The notes under the pieces are model-generated. The model was not told where the DNA came from. It was given only the letters and a program-made list of their open reading frames with translations, and made no database searches. Shown here piece by piece: positions 63,018-64,000 of a stretch of 64,000 nucleotides of DNA. The stretch is taken from positions 23,498,001 through 23,562,000 of the forward strand of contig OZ286474.1 in NCBI GenBank assembly GCA_965644265.1, given 5' to 3'. This stretch comes from Glycera tridactyla. Lineage: Eukaryota. The position numbers were made by a program, and so were the translations under genes. The first letter of the stretch is position 1. Each line of letters opens with the position of its first letter.

Positions 63018-64000
63018 AAAGAAGGCGAGACTAGCGGTGAAGATACATTGGTTGCATCACATGCACACCGATAAAGACTCTCATACAAACAGCCAGCCTT
63101 TGATAACCCACTTAGCATGCACTTGCTGACATGCATATGAATCATATTTGTCTGAAAATTCCCAATTTATACAAGTGATCAAATACATCCGTTGAATCAA
63201 GATCATATTTTGTGCATTTTGATACTTTTGCCTGATGTGTGATAGGTCCCTTCGATCAAAAAATACATGTTTAGTGTAATTCTCTCACGGTTTGCTCTGC
63301 TACGATGTAATTCATCATGCATCAGTTTGTCTAAGTATTCTGCCAAAGTTGCTCAATATATATCTTTCTTCGTGGCTTGAAGTCTGAATGATGGAATTCT
63401 ATCTGAGTGGTTGGCTAGAGCAGCTTTAACTGTCTTCTCAGCTGCCTCAGTGATTCCAATTCGTTTTGAAATCCCACAGCTACCAGTCCAGCAAATTGCA
63501 AAATATGTAAATAACCCGGCTGGTAAGAACTTACCAAAATGAGACAGAGACTAATTTCATCTTAATTCGATTTATGTCAGAGGGTTTGATCATTATTATC
63601 GTCCATTGCCAGGCAAGACTATGCTGGAACATCTCACCTTTAGGAAGTTTTTCCTTGCTCCAACACACACCTCTAGGTGATGTAAACTCAGACTGGTCTC
63701 TGTCATTCCTTTGTTCACAGTAGCCTGTCAGAGGCACTCATTTGTTTTTGTTTATCTCGCCGAAGTCACGCAATGTCTCGCCGCTAGGGGGCAGATTGTT
63801 TTAATTCTCGAGGAATTCTCTACACTCCCCACCTTGGGCGAAAGTACCAATAAATCATTCCTCGAGGAATTACCTTGATATGTTCATTGTCAATTGTTAT
63901 GTGCCAGTCCATAGTGTCATGTAGAGTGCTGCAACGAATGTCATGCACATGAAAGGTTATGAATAACTGTCAATCATCAACGGAAGTGTTTCTTTGATGT

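Larger units (their letters stand above)
60626..63505 (-). mobile_element. Older diverged I-group LINE of the same family hosting the 40-bp minisatellite and the nested 61002-62786 insertion
   Basis: 63143-63505 on - translates to ...EFHHSDFKPRRKIYIEQLWQN... and ...DVFDHLYKLGIFRQI*, matching the younger copy; 63080-63145 matches the 3' UTR; (TTTG)-like tail at 60626-60645. Confidence 0.75.

Overview
AT-rich animal genomic DNA (spliceosomal introns, TATA promoters, LINEs/SINEs; a marine lophotrochozoan-type invertebrate is my guess, not provable here). The window holds a cluster of nine small intron-containing genes that the ORF track fragments or misses. Each encodes a secreted Tyr/Gly-rich protein of 96-118 aa built around one four-cysteine domain (C-x15-C-x9-C-x17/21-C, ending CDVN) that resembles a reduced peritrophin-A/CBM14 chitin-binding module. 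Seven A-type genes (ATG at 1637, 9330, 18017, 25181, 32112, 40196, 47875) lie head-to-tail on + and carry the Tyr/Gly/Pro tail at the C-terminus. Two B-type genes (ATG 54807 on -, 58253 on +) form a divergent inverted pair with a Tyr/Gly/His segment at the N-terminus. Each A-type unit is promoter + gene + a decayed CR1/L2-type LINE. The predicted non-coding last exon and AATAAA of every A gene fall on that LINE's endonuclease region. Copies 2 and 3 come from a recent ~8.67-kb tandem duplication with a 6-bp microhomology junction. The rest is a layered mobilome: I-group (RNase H) LINE fragments including a nested insertion, a Penelope-like element, CR1/L2 fragments, two SINE-like families, TA-duplicating MITEs, a palindromic element, and several minisatellites that grew from single-copy sequence. 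Gene models are read from splice signals and cross-copy conservation; no expression data or database searches were available.
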